From a virus: a stretch of DNA of 64,000 nt. The notes under the pieces were generated by a model, which saw nothing but the letters and a program-made list of their open reading frames with translations, did no database searches and was not told the origin of the DNA. The stretch is from IMG/VR virus record IMGVR_UViG_3300032897_000001, positions 1 to 64,000 of that record; one strand, written 5' to 3'. This document shows, one piece after another, positions 29,501 to 40,105 of the stretch. How positions within the stretch are numbered: the first letter of the stretch is position 1; each line of letters opens with the position of its first letter. A program made the translations under genes and the position numbers.

Positions 29501-30087
29501 CATCTGCAATTGAGTTGCTGCCACCCGGAATACTTTCTACATGGAAGGCCGTTGTTGGCAGGAAGTGTGGGGAATGTTCGCTTTGCTGTAAGATCCTGCC
29601 TGTTCAAGATGCCAATCTTGATAAGGCACACGGCGTGCGCTGTAAGCACCAACGGCGCGGTGGGTGTAAGGTATATGCCTTCCGTCCGCAGAAATGCGCA
29701 CAATGGTCTTGCGGGTGGTTGTTGGGCATTGGCGTAGACGGGCTATCCCGCCCGGATCGCGCGGGATACATCATAGACCCTGTGGCGGATTACACGACTG
29801 TTTCCTGGTCAGGTCGCGCACCTTTTGATCTGCCGGCTGTGGTCGTATGGACAGAGGACCGTGAATCGTGGATGCACGATGAAGAGCTTAAAAAGTTCTT
29901 TGTTCGTTGGGCAGAACAGGGATTCAGTGCAATTGTCCGCTATTCTCCGACACTTGCGGTGTGCGTTTTTCCTCCCCCACTTACAGACGGTGGGTGGATT
30001 ATTACAGACCCTGTGGAAACGAAAGTACCGCTAGAAGACGCGGCACGCAAATTTGCGCGGGTTGCTGCAGCTATGGGAAAGAAATAA
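29497..30087 (+). CDS. YkgJ-like cysteine-cluster protein
   Basis: CGECSLCC...C...GCKVYAFRPQKC. Confidence 0.7.
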   Translation: MTSAIELLPPGILSTWKAVVGRKCGECSLCCKILPVQDANLDKAHGVRCKHQRRGGCKVYAFRPQKCAQWSCGWLLGIGVDGLSRPDRAGYIIDPVADYTTVSWSGRAPFDLPAVVVWTEDRESWMHDEELKKFFVRWAEQGFSAIVRYSPTLAVCVFPPPLTDGGWIITDPVETKVPLEDAARKFARVAAAMGKK

Positions 30088-30175
30088 CAAGATGGTTTTG
30101 ACAAATTTTTAAAATTTAATACTGGACAGATTACGGCACACCCACTACAAAAACAACTCTTCTGGAGAACAACAC

Positions 30176-30613
30176 ATGAGCAGCGTCAACAAGGTGATTT
30201 TGGTTGGGAATCTCGGGCGTGATCCTGAGATGCGGCGCACGATGAATGGCGGAGTGATCGCTAATCTTAGCATCGCGACATCCGAGTCGTGGAAAAGTAA
30301 GGCTACTGGTGCAAAGCAGGAACGCACAGAATGGCACCGTGTCGTTTGTTTCAATGAGGGTCTTTGCAAGGTTATTGAGAAGTATCTACACAAAGGATCA
30401 AAAGTATATATTGAAGGGAAACTTCAAACCCGAAAGTGGACAGATCAACAGGGCGTCGAACGCTATACGACGGAAGTCGTGTTGCCGCAATTCGGCGCAA
30501 CACTCGTCATGCTCAGTGGTAACAATAACGCCGATTCTGAGGATACCGCACAAGACGAGCAAACAGCCAGCCCAGCCCGTTACTACAGCATGGATGATGA
30601 AGTGCCGTTCTAA
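30176..30613 (+). CDS. ssb: Single-stranded DNA-binding protein
   Basis: [32 protein letters not shown] and tail DDEVPF. Confidence 0.96.
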   Translation: MSSVNKVILVGNLGRDPEMRRTMNGGVIANLSIATSESWKSKATGAKQERTEWHRVVCFNEGLCKVIEKYLHKGSKVYIEGKLQTRKWTDQQGVERYTTEVVLPQFGATLVMLSGNNNADSEDTAQDEQTASPARYYSMDDEVPF

Positions 30614-30624
30614 TTCCCGAATCA

Positions 30625-30673
30625 GGCAAGGCATGTTGTGGTGTGGTGAGATAAATCGGGGTAAGGCAGGATG
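30625..30673 (+). repeat. Dispersed GGY-NN pentamer unit between ssb and the polymerase gene
   Basis: ggcaa ggcat gttgt ggtgt ggtga gataa atcgg ggtaa, then the punctuator ggca. Confidence 0.75.
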
Positions 30674-32644
30674 GCAAGCCGCGAACAACGGTATGAGTCT
30701 CGCGGCCAGATGGGACTGGGATTTTCAATAGAGGAAATAACAAGGGTTCCGCAATCCAACTGGGTTGCGCCCGATCCGTCTACATGGCCTGACAGGCTTG
30801 TAGGAGACATCGGGATTGACACAGAAACCCACGACTTAGGCTTGAATGCCAAACAAGGCGCGGGCTGGGCGTGGCGTGGCGGCGGGGAAGTTGTTGGCTA
30901 TTCCATCACTGCCGACAACTTCTCTGCTTATTTGCCCGTGGGACACGAAGGCGGCGGCAACTTGGATCGGAACCAAGTCCGCCGCTATCTTAACCATGTA
31001 CTTGCTGACACAAAGCAACGCAAGATTTTTGCCAATGCCGGATATGACATACCATGGGCTGAAAACGATGGCGTAAAAATCGCTGGCCCTGTCATAGACA
31101 TTCAAATGACAGAAGCGCTGCTTGATGAATACCGGCGCTCTTATTCCCTGGAAAATATTGCCCAGGACCGTTTAGGCCGCGGTAAGAATGAAGCGATGTT
31201 GGCGGATGCTGCGAAGGCTTTTGGATACGATCCAAAAGGCGAATTGTGGCGCCTGCATGCCAAATTTGTCGGTCCTTATGCGATCGAAGATTCTTCACTC
31301 CCCCGAGACATTTGGAATGTGCACAAACCTCTGATTGAAAAAGAGGGTCTTACTCGTATCTGCGATCTGGAACATGCATTGCTGCCGATGTACGCTGACA
31401 TGCGGCGCCGCGGTGTACGTGTTGACTTGGATCGGGTTGACCAATTGAAAACACGGTTCCGGGAAGATGTGCAGCACGAAATTGCGCAGATCAAGGATTC
31501 TACGGGCATAGATGTCGCTCTGTGGGAACCACAGAGCGTCGCACGTGTTTTGGATTATGTGGGTATCAAATACGATGTCACGGCTAAGACTCGGCAACCC
31601 TCCATAAAGAATGAACTGCTCAAAGCAACAGATCACTGGATCGCGAAAGCACTGCTCCGTGCCCGTGAAAAAGATAAACTTATCGGCACGTTTCTAGACG
31701 GGCAGTTACTTGGTAAGTGCCATGATGGCCGCGTGCACGGGTCCATTAATCCGCTGAAATCCGATGACGGGGGAACAGTTACCGGCAGAATTTCAATGTC
31801 GGACCCTAACCTGATGTTCATTCCTGCGCGCACTGCGGAAGGAAAACTAATCCGCGCGTGTCTTATCCCCGAGGAAGGTGAGGAATGGATATCGGTCGAT
31901 TACAGTCAACAGGAAGTACGGCTTCTGGTACACTTCGCTATTGTAGCATCCCGATACGTAAAATTCCCTCGGGAACTGCGGGAACGGTTGGCAACCGCTG
32001 TGGAGGCACAGCGCCGTTATCTAGAAGACCCGAACCTGAATTATCACAAATTTGTCGCGGAAATCACCGCGCTGGCCTATTCTATGGCCAAAGGCTTGAA
32101 TTTCGCGATCATCTATGGCCGCGGCATTGAAGAGACATCGCGCGCACTCGGCATAAGCTATGATGAAGCCAAGCGGCTGTTTAGCCAACACCGGGAAAAA
32201 ATGCCGTTTGCCCGGGCTATGGCTGACGCAGCACAGCGTATCGTCCGGGAACGTGGCTATATTACCACACTCTTAGGAAGACGGCAGAGATTCCCGTTTT
32301 GGGAGCCAGACGATTGGAATAAGCGCACCGATCGGTTGCTTCATGAACAAGAGGCACGTATGATGTGGCCGAATCAAAAGCTGGTGCGGGCCAGAATCCA
32401 TAAAGCATTGAATTCGGTTGTACAGCCATCGGCTGCGGACCAAATGAAGAAGGCAATGCTTGATATCTGGAATGCCGGCTATGGTGGGAGTGTCTTAATC
32501 CAGGTACACGATGAATTGAACCTATCCACGGGCAGTCGTAAGATTGCCAACAATGTCGCGGAAATCATGCGATCCACAGTGGAACTGGAAGTCCCTGTGT
32601 TAACAGACATCGCATATGGAAAGAACTGGGGTGAAGCAACATGA
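30671..32644 (+). CDS. Family A DNA polymerase with a 3'-5' exonuclease domain
   Basis: IDTET, TVTGRIS, DYSQQEVR (motif A), KGLNFAIIYG (motif B) and QVHDEL (motif C). Confidence 0.93.
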   Translation: MASREQRYESRGQMGLGFSIEEITRVPQSNWVAPDPSTWPDRLVGDIGIDTETHDLGLNAKQGAGWAWRGGGEVVGYSITADNFSAYLPVGHEGGGNLDRNQVRRYLNHVLADTKQRKIFANAGYDIPWAENDGVKIAGPVIDIQMTEALLDEYRRSYSLENIAQDRLGRGKNEAMLADAAKAFGYDPKGELWRLHAKFVGPYAIEDSSLPRDIWNVHKPLIEKEGLTRICDLEHALLPMYADMRRRGVRVDLDRVDQLKTRFREDVQHEIAQIKDSTGIDVALWEPQSVARVLDYVGIKYDVTAKTRQPSIKNELLKATDHWIAKALLRAREKDKLIGTFLDGQLLGKCHDGRVHGSINPLKSDDGGTVTGRISMSDPNLMFIPARTAEGKLIRACLIPEEGEEWISVDYSQQEVRLLVHFAIVASRYVKFPRELRERLATAVEAQRRYLEDPNLNYHKFVAEITALAYSMAKGLNFAIIYGRGIEETSRALGISYDEAKRLFSQHREKMPFARAMADAAQRIVRERGYITTLLGRRQRFPFWEPDDWNKRTDRLLHEQEARMMWPNQKLVRARIHKALNSVVQPSAADQMKKAMLDIWNAGYGGSVLIQVHDELNLSTGSRKIANNVAEIMRSTVELEVPVLTDIAYGKNWGEAT

Positions 32645-33014
32645 GCAACAACAACAACAATAATAATAATGGCACGCTATCTACACTGATAACCGTGCTG
32701 TTCATCATCAGTGTGATCATGCTGATCATGTCCATACTTGGGACGAATCATTAAGTATGTTTATGAAACGCGCATCAAGGCGACGTATTAAAGCCCGTGT
32801 ACGTTTGTATGGATGGGTGTCAAAGCCTGTGCTTTGGGAATACGACTTACCGCTGCCGAAAGGGTGGGTGCGCGATCCGCGGGGACTGGAAATCTGGTGG
32901 AGCCCCGATAAACTGCCGGATTTTCTTGAAAAAATGCAGCGATTCATCGCTGCTGAGCGAACGCTGTGGGAGGAAATCTCCCACAGCAACCTTTGATTGA
33001 ATAACGATATTTTA

Positions 33015-33335
33015 CTATACTGAACCGCGTTTCCGGGCAGCCGCACGGAACTTGCGCGCGTCTCGGGAACTGTACCAGCCAAACACGCCACAGCTATCTC
33101 TGTAAGCACAGTGGTCCTTTATGGCTGCATCTTCCACAGCGGTTATTGCCGCCCGAGTGCGATCAAGCGCGGCGAATGCCAAATCCATGCACGAGAGTTT
33201 GCGCAACTCATTTGGTGTAATGCGATCGTGGTACACATTGTGTGCTTGTGCCGCAGTCCAAATGCCTTCGTAGCACTCCTGGTGCTCTTTGCGCGCGCGA
33301 TTCATCAACTGCATGTGTTCTGTGAGTGTGGGCAT
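33015..33335 (-). CDS. Hypothetical protein divergent from the early region
   Basis: AAGGAGG RBS on the minus strand. Confidence 0.65.
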   Translation of the reverse strand: MPTLTEHMQLMNRARKEHQECYEGIWTAAQAHNVYHDRITPNELRKLSCMDLAFAALDRTRAAITAVEDAAIKDHCAYRDSCGVFGWYSSRDARKFRAAARKRGSV

Positions 33336-33465
33336 ATCTGCCTCCTTTCTCCGTCTTGTGTGTAGCGCGATATTCGAAATGCCTCCAGTGGATTTTTTGG
33401 ATTTTTTTCAAAAAACTTGTTGACGTTTCCTGGGGAACGATTATTATCTGTCTTGTCAGACAGAG

Positions 33466-33557
33466 ACGAAAGGCGGTGACACGGGCAGGTCCAATGGTAA
33501 TCGGCAGAACTCAGTCCCCTAACGTATGAACGGGAAAGGACTGGTGGGAGGCGAAAA
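33466..33557 (+). ncRNA. Conserved 92-nt leader RNA, copy 1 of 4 (others at 34825-34916, 37712-37803 and 40222-40313)
   Basis: Near-identical copies between promoter and hammerhead, with a compensatory stem swap cagtcc/ggactg versus agactc/gagtct. Confidence 0.75.
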
Positions 33558-33613
33558 GGTCGAAACGGCGGAGATTCCGCCGTCGTGCCGTGAGGCGGCA
33601 CCTGATGATGGCC
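33558..33613 (+). ncRNA. Type II hammerhead ribozyme 1
   Basis: ggtc GAAA cggcgga-gat-tccgccg UC gtgccg-tgagg-cggcac CUGAUGA u ggcc. Confidence 0.9.
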
Positions 33614-33630
33614 AAACAGGGAGAACAACT

Positions 33631-34089
33631 ATGTCGGTTTGTCAAATTTGTGGTAGAGCGGTCAAATCCAAAAATGGCGTGATCGCACACCACGGCTTCA
33701 AACGTCCCGGGCAGGGCTGGCAGACTGCTTCGTGTTACGGAGCGAAATATCGCCCCTACGAAGTAGCGAAAGACGCTTTAGAGAACTACTTGCCTGAAGT
33801 CAAAAAGTGGATGAAAATCAAACAGGAGTCGTTGAATTCTCTCCTGGACTGTCCGCCCGATAAGCTTGACGCAGTCATCAAGCTTGATGCTTCGGGCAAA
33901 ATGAAGAGTGTCGTTTATACCAAACCCGACAATTTCGATAAGAATGACAACCAGCACTACGTGCAACCGCACTCATATGCGGGGGAGTACCGAAGCAAGG
34001 TACGGCACCTGCGGATTCAGATTGCGGAGATGGTTCAAGACATCGGATATCTGACGCAGCGGATAGCCGATTGGAAAGGAGAGGCGTAA
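33631..34089 (+). CDS. Early hypothetical protein with a Cys/His motif
   Basis: RBS after hammerhead 1; CQICGR...IAHHG...ASCYG. Confidence 0.75.
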   Translation: MSVCQICGRAVKSKNGVIAHHGFKRPGQGWQTASCYGAKYRPYEVAKDALENYLPEVKKWMKIKQESLNSLLDCPPDKLDAVIKLDASGKMKSVVYTKPDNFDKNDNQHYVQPHSYAGEYRSKVRHLRIQIAEMVQDIGYLTQRIADWKGEA

Positions 34090-34467
34090 GCCTCTCCCAT
34101 GCTTTGCTCGGGGTGATTTGAAAGTTTTTTGAAAAATCTTCAAAAAACAGGTTGACGTTTCCTGGGGAATGATTATTATCAATCTTGTCAGACGGGCCGG
34201 ACGGGCCAGCCCAAAAAGGGGAGTAACGATTATGGCGGAACAGACAATGACTTGGCGGATCGTGCGGCGCGCATATTCCCAATACCATCTTGTTGAAGAG
34301 GGAATCGCGTCATGGCAGGATGCACAGATCCGGTCAATGGATTTGCAGTACAAGAATAAAGACGGGGAGTATCTCGTGATCCGGGCGGATGCACCTAATC
34401 ACGATTACAGTGGCCCCAATTACGGCCAGTCCCCCTTTGATTACCTCTAGGAAAAGGAAGAACCTCT

Positions 34468-34737
34468 ATGAAACTTTCGGCAGAACAACTCGCGATTCTT
34501 CGTGCTCTTGATGGCGGACCCGAGGAAACTGGCATTATCGCCATTTTCGCCAATGTGTCGGGGTACAGTGTGGGAGCACGGAACCGAAAGGCACGGAACC
34601 TGCTTTTGGAACTGAAATACCACGGTTTCGTCGAGTACGCGGATAGTGAGAAGCCGTGGATCTGGCAGCGTACCGAAGCAGGAACCGCGGCTATTGCGGG
34701 AAGCCCGACACAGCGCCAACCCCGCAGAAAGGCGTAA
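34468..34737 (+). CDS. Small wHTH-like protein related to 13025..13297
   Basis: Shared G.VEY.D....W.RT.AG motif. Confidence 0.55.
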   Translation: MKLSAEQLAILRALDGGPEETGIIAIFANVSGYSVGARNRKARNLLLELKYHGFVEYADSEKPWIWQRTEAGTAAIAGSPTQRQPRRKA

Positions 34738-34916
34738 ATGGGCGCCAAAAGTTTTTTGAAGTTTTTTCAAAAAATTTGTTGACGTTTCCTGGGGAATGTT
34801 TATTATCAGTCTTGTCAGACAGAGACGAAAGGCGGTGACACGGGCAGGTCCAATGGTAATCGGCAGAACTCAGTCCCCTAACGTATGAACGGGAAAGGAC
34901 TGGTGGGAGGCGAAAA

Positions 34917-34972
34917 GGTCGAAACGGCGGAGACTCCGCCGTCGTGTCGTAAGGCGGCACCTGATGATGACC
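34917..34972 (+). ncRNA. Type II hammerhead ribozyme 2
   Basis: Full core GAAA...GUC...CUGAUGA; stem II ggtc/gacc. Confidence 0.9.
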
Positions 34973-35219
34973 AAAGGAGAAAGACACCATGCCACGTATG
35001 AGAATCACAATCGAAGTCGAGACCGCTTCATTCAAGAACATGGGAGAGCGGAACAGATTCAACAAAAAGGTGTTGGAAGTGGCCCAGGCCGCTTTCCCCA
35101 CCATCGGGAAACAAGAACTCGTTTTTGTCTCGACTGAAGACATGTCCGGGCATGCCATCTGCCTGGGTGAAGACGGTATGCCAACCAACGCCGTTCGTTA
35201 TTGAAAGGAGCAATGATCC

Positions 35220-36107
35220 ATGAAAATCACTCTCAACACCGCTGCTTTTTGGGCAGCGTGCGCGATGTCGGCATTTGCAGGCATTGTCGCAACGTCCGGG
35301 CTTGCCAGCTTCATTCCCGGTGTCAACGTCCTGGGCGTTAATGCCGTGTGGGTGATGGGTATCTTATTCGAGGTTGGCATGCTGGTTGCGTTTGCCTATC
35401 TTCACAAGCATTGGCAGACGATCAGCCCCAGTCTCAAATACGGACTTGCCGTGCTGGCAAGCATTGTTATTGTGCTTGACATCATCGGGGTAGCCGGCCA
35501 ATTTAGCCAAGGCTACCAAGCACGGCGGCACGCCGCTGATGCGGCAAACATGGTGGCAGTGACCAATGCAGCGGCGCACATTGCGCAAGCCGAAGACGCT
35601 GTTGCAGAGCTTGACAGACAGCTTGCTGCGGTAAGCGAGGAAATCAACAAAATTTCCGATGCACAGATCCGCGCCAAGGACGATAGAGACCGTGTCAAAG
35701 CAGCACGGGCACTCAAAATTGAGGCAGAGTCCCGGAAGACTGCTTTGCTCCAGAAACGGGCGGAAGCGTCTAGCGTTCTGCTTGCGGCACGGACCGAAAA
35801 GGGTGCGGCTGATGCATCTGCGGTTACCGGATCGGGAGAGTTTGCCGCGATCCAGTTTGCGGCACAGTCACTCGGATGGAGCGAAGATGCTGTTGCCCGT
35901 GTGATAATCTGGATCTTGTCCGGGCTGGCGTGCTTGTTTGCACCATGCTTGATTGCAGTGTCAGGACACGAAACTACTCCCATCAAAGTCAAGGCGCCCG
36001 AAAAGGTGCTGACTGCCCGGCAGATTGCGGCGCGTAAGGGCGCGGAAACCCGGAAGCGCAACAAGGCTCTCAATGCCAAAAAGAATGTTGTGGCGTTGAA
36101 GGCGTAA
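35220..36107 (+). CDS. Membrane protein with a coiled-coil region
   Basis: Three N-terminal hydrophobic helices, a coiled coil, one further TM helix and a basic tail. Confidence 0.75.
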   Translation: MKITLNTAAFWAACAMSAFAGIVATSGLASFIPGVNVLGVNAVWVMGILFEVGMLVAFAYLHKHWQTISPSLKYGLAVLASIVIVLDIIGVAGQFSQGYQARRHAADAANMVAVTNAAAHIAQAEDAVAELDRQLAAVSEEINKISDAQIRAKDDRDRVKAARALKIEAESRKTALLQKRAEASSVLLAARTEKGAADASAVTGSGEFAAIQFAAQSLGWSEDAVARVIIWILSGLACLFAPCLIAVSGHETTPIKVKAPEKVLTARQIAARKGAETRKRNKALNAKKNVVALKA

Positions 36108-36166
36108 GGCCGAAACACAGGACAGGTGCCCTGTGTCGCACCGTAAGGCGGTGCCTGATGATGGCC
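36108..36166 (+). ncRNA. Type II hammerhead ribozyme 3
   Basis: Core intact; stem III cacagg/cctgtg and stem I gcaccg/cggtgc. Confidence 0.9.
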
Positions 36167-36597
36167 AAAGGAGAGCACAACATGTGTGGTGACAAGAAAA
36201 CACAGATCGCGGGAATCATTGATTTCTGCAGAGAAAATGACCTGACATATATGAGGTACAACGGAAGGGGGATGTTCAGTCGGGAATGCTTTGCGGTTAG
36301 CATCCCGGACATAGGCACGCTGTGGGACTTGGCAGCATTCCTTGGTGACCCTGCGTTGCCCACACCTAGCACAGACCAGCTTGGCAGAGGCTACGTGGCC
36401 TATTGGCCCGATCATTTCCCTATGACTGGCCCTCTCGGGACCTATGTTGACTTACAGCTTCGCGGGGAAGGCGTGGATTGATCCTGGCGCCGAAGATTTT
36501 TTGAAAAATCTTCAAAAGCCTGTTGACGTTTCCTGGGGAAAGGCGCACAGTGACTTTGTTGGCACCGGGGTGGCGCCTGGAAAGAGGAGGAACTGTC

Positions 36598-36867
36598 ATG
36601 GTGATGCGTGCACTGCGCTGGAAGCGCAAGTTTCGTGCAGTAAAGCTTTCCAAACCCACCAAGACCCTGTTTTACGGCGTGTTCTGCCGTGGCAACCTTG
36701 TTGTCAAGTGCCGCAACGAAGCTAGCGCGATCGACTTTATCGAACGCCAGACCGCAGAGGATCGCGAATGGCGCCGCAGGCAGGTTCTTGAATATCTCGC
36801 AGAACGTGCTCAGCGGGCTGTTGTGGTTGACACTGAGCAGGCGCCCGACCAGTTGGAACTGTTCTAA
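36598..36867 (+). CDS. Small basic early protein ending in a beta-clamp-binding-like motif (QLELF)
   Basis: GAGGAGG RBS; C-terminus APDQLELF. Confidence 0.65.
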   Translation: MVMRALRWKRKFRAVKLSKPTKTLFYGVFCRGNLVVKCRNEASAIDFIERQTAEDREWRRRQVLEYLAERAQRAVVVDTEQAPDQLELF

Positions 36868-36869
36868 AA

Positions 36870-36924
36870 GGCCGAAACACGGGATATCCCGTGTCGCACC
36901 GTAAGGCGGTGCCTGATGATGGCC
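36870..36924 (+). ncRNA. Type II hammerhead ribozyme 4
   Basis: Core intact; stem III cacggga/tcccgtg. Confidence 0.9.
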
Positions 36925-37803
36925 AGAAAGAGGAGACAAACAAATGCGTGTATATTTTAACCCCGATGTGGTCGCGGCATATGGCGATATGGCCGATACC
37001 CCTGAATTCAAAGTCGGTTTTATGGATTTCTATTTAGGAGTTCTCAACAATTCTGTGCCGGATCTTTTGCGGGATGAAAAATCCGCAATCGCTTGGCGTT
37101 CTGGGTGGCATGCCGCACAAGCGTGCGCCGAAAGTTTTTTGAAAAATATTCAAAAAGACTGTTGACGTTTCCTGGGGAATGCTTATTATCAATCTTGTCA
37201 GACGGGCCGGACAGACCGAGCCAGACCAGAAAGAGGGGAGACGGTTATGGGTTCCTATGAAATCATCCGCCACGAAATCAAGAATGTGAAGGCAGCGAAA
37301 GCGGCGTTCGCCCGGCTGGAAGCCGCATACAAAATGGTTGATGCGGAATACGTCAACGATGAGTCTTGGCAGGAGTTCCACGGCGTTGAGTACAAATTCG
37401 GCGGTTTGGCGTGGTGGAAGGCCCGTGTGCTGGCAATGACCATCAGGATTGAGTGGCAGGCTAGTACCCGCGTGTTCATCTCTCCCCCTTCCGAGGAAAG
37501 CCGCAACAAGGACTCTTTTGAAGGTGGTCACCACGAAGTATACACCGATCGCAAGGCATTGGCTGCAGCGCAAATCAAGGTGGCCGCGTTGCTCCGCGGC
37601 TAACCCCACGGCGCCCATGGACTTTGTGGGCGCCAAAAGTTTTTTGAAGTTTTTTCAAAAAACTTATTGACCTTTCCTGGGGAATGCCCTAGAGTAGCTT
37701 TGTTGGTTGGAACGAAAGGCGGTGACACGGGCAGGTCCAATGGTAATCGGCAGAACTAGACTCCCTAACGTATGAACGGGAAAGAGTCTGTGAGAGGCGA
37801 AAA

Positions 37804-37859
37804 GGTCGAAACGGCAGAGACTCTGCCGTCGTGTCGTAAGGCGGCACCTGATGATGACC
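37804..37859 (+). ncRNA. Type II hammerhead ribozyme 5
   Basis: Core intact; stem III cggcaga/tctgccg. Confidence 0.9.
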
Positions 37860-37875
37860 AAAGGGAGTACCGATC

Positions 37876-38172
37876 ATGAAAAACGAAGCATTTGAAGCCG
37901 CTCTTGCAGCATTCTTGGTTGCCGCACAAGCTTTGTGCGATGCCAGCGGCTCTTACAGCTATACCAAACTGTCTATGCAATACGGGCGCCGTTATGTCCG
38001 TATCGTCGCAGAACGCTCCGGACAACAGTCCGTATGGGGATTTGTGGACACCACAAACGGGAATGTGCTTAAGGCAGCCAGCTGGAAAGCACCCGCTACC
38101 AAATATGCACGCGGCTGCATTTATGACGAAAATCGGGGTTGTGGCCGGGCAAGGTGGATGGGTGTTGCTTAA
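37876..38172 (+). CDS. Conserved phage early protein
   Basis: GRRYVRIV...SVWGFVD...GNVLKAASWKAPA...ARG, a pattern I recognise as a recurrent small phage protein. Confidence 0.7.
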   Translation: MKNEAFEAALAAFLVAAQALCDASGSYSYTKLSMQYGRRYVRIVAERSGQQSVWGFVDTTNGNVLKAASWKAPATKYARGCIYDENRGCGRARWMGVA

Positions 38173-38176
38173 AGCA

Positions 38177-38232
38177 GGCCGAAACGGCGGAGATTCCGCC
38201 GTCGCACCGTAAGGCGGTGCCTGATGATGGCC
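38177..38232 (+). ncRNA. Type II hammerhead ribozyme 6
   Basis: Core intact; stem II ggcc/ggcc. Confidence 0.9.
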
Positions 38233-38473
38233 AAAAGGAGAAAGACAATGGCAGAATTTATCGTGTCAAAATACAAAATCGGCGACATCGTAACTTTGAA
38301 AAGCGGCGAGGTGTTGCGCATTACCGCGATCCGCGATCGCGCCCACTACACCAAGGCCGCATATAGTGCGGTGGAAGTCCGTAAGGGTAAGCGTCCTGGT
38401 AAAGAACGTCTCTTCATTGAGGCGGACGCGTCATGACGCGGCATAACGAAATTCAAAACGCTGGGGAACAAAA

Positions 38474-40105
38474 ATGACACAGACCAAAAGCCAGATTGTT
38501 GCGGCGGATGTCGCCGCTTTGTTGCGGGCGCGGAACCCGCTGATTTGGATCGTTACCCGGGAAGAATCTCGGGTTGAAACCAACATTGTGCAGGCCGCGG
38601 CTGCAGCGGGATATGGTGCCTGCACATGGGATGTCGCACAAGGCGCACGCACTATCGACGGGGCACGGGTGCCGGGTAGTGATGGCACTGAGGATGTCAG
38701 CGCCATGTTCGCGATGATAAAGGCACAATCCGAAAATGTGCAGCGTGCACAACGGTGCGTGTGGATCATGCGAGACTTGGCGCCATGGCTGCAAGGGCCA
38801 ATCGGCATGGTCACGTTGCGACAGCTTCGGAACCTTGCCCGGGCACTGCCCGGGACCGGGCGGAGCACGTCACAGGCAATCGTCGTGTTGACGACTTCCC
38901 CAAATGTCCCGGACGAATTGGAGGGACACGCGGTAGTGATCGAATGGCCCTTGCCCGATCGCGAGGAAATTGCGGCAATCCTTGACGCTGCAATCACGGC
39001 ACTGCCCGAAAACGATGAGAAAGGCGTGCCCGTTCGCGGTCCCGCAACACCAATCAATGGGGTTCGCGAGGCAGCAATTGATGCGGCGGTGGGGCTTTCC
39101 GGAGAGGAAGCCGCGGCGTGTTTTGCAAAATCCTTGGTACAGATCCGGAAGATCGACCCGCCGCTGATTACCAAGGAAAAGCGCCGCGTCATCTCCAAGG
39201 CAGGTGTTTTGGAGTGGTTCGAACCGCTTTCTGGCGGGTTGGGCGCTGTGGGTGGTCTCGACAATCTAAAAGATTGGCTGATTGCCCGGCGCGCCGCTTA
39301 TTCGCCACGTGCGCGGGCTTATGGTCTGCCAGCGCCAAAAGGTGCACTCCTTGTTGGTGTCCCCGGGTGTGGTAAGTCGCTCACAGCAAAGGCTGTTGCA
39401 ACAGCCTGGGGCGTGCCCTTACTTCGGATGGACCTGGGCGCATTGAAGAGTAAATATGTGGGCGAATCCGAAGGGAACCTTCGGAAAGCGTTCCAGATCA
39501 TTGAAGCCATGGGGCGGTGCGTCGTGTGGCTGGATGAAATTGAAAAAGCCTTGGCAGGCGCAACGCAAGGCGCTGCAGATGGTGGCGTGTCATCGGATGC
39601 TTTGGGCGCCATTCTAGGGTGGATGCAAGATCGTAGCGGACAGGCGTTTGTCGTAGCTACTGCAAACGACATCTCTGCGCTGCCTCCGGAATTGCTCCGT
39701 AAGGGGCGATTTGATGAAGTGTGGTTCGTTGATTTGCCGAACCCTGATGAACGGGCAAGCATCCTGTCCGCCGCATTACGGGCACACGGTCGGGACACCA
39801 AAACGCTTGTGTCCAAAGAACAGGATTCCGCTGCTGTAGTTGCAGCAACGGAAGGCTTTTCCGGAGCCGAAATTGCGGCACTGGTTCCGGACGCCATGTA
39901 TACGGCATTCGGAGATGGGGAACGGGAAATTACCGTGGATGATCTGTGGTTTGCTGCAAGGCAGACTGTGCCGTCAACCCGGACATCAGCAGAGAAGATT
40001 GAGAAATTACGGGAATGGTCCCGCAGTGGTCGCGCAAGGCTTGCCACACGGACAGTTTCCAAGGCGGAGACTACACAAGGAACCGGGCGCAAACTCGACA
40101 TCTGA
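38474..40105 (+). CDS. Ycf46-like AAA+ ATPase
   Basis: Walker A GVPGCGKS, Walker B VVWLDEIEK, SRH TAND...LPPELLRKGRFDE, and a degenerate N-terminal AAA domain. Confidence 0.88.
   Translation: MTQTKSQIVAADVAALLRARNPLIWIVTREESRVETNIVQAAAAAGYGACTWDVAQGARTIDGARVPGSDGTEDVSAMFAMIKAQSENVQRAQRCVWIMRDLAPWLQGPIGMVTLRQLRNLARALPGTGRSTSQAIVVLTTSPNVPDELEGHAVVIEWPLPDREEIAAILDAAITALPENDEKGVPVRGPATPINGVREAAIDAAVGLSGEEAAACFAKSLVQIRKIDPPLITKEKRRVISKAGVLEWFEPLSGGLGAVGGLDNLKDWLIARRAAYSPRARAYGLPAPKGALLVGVPGCGKSLTAKAVATAWGVPLLRMDLGALKSKYVGESEGNLRKAFQIIEAMGRCVVWLDEIEKALAGATQGAADGGVSSDALGAILGWMQDRSGQAFVVATANDISALPPELLRKGRFDEVWFVDLPNPDERASILSAALRAHGRDTKTLVSKEQDSAAVVAATEGFSGAEIAALVPDAMYTAFGDGEREITVDDLWFAARQTVPSTRTSAEKIEKLREWSRSGRARLATRTVSKAETTQGTGRKLDI

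Noticed and set aside
32645-32670. AAC/AAT trinucleotide run
   Set aside because: It encodes a poly-Asn stretch in a small membrane ORF; ordinary low complexity.
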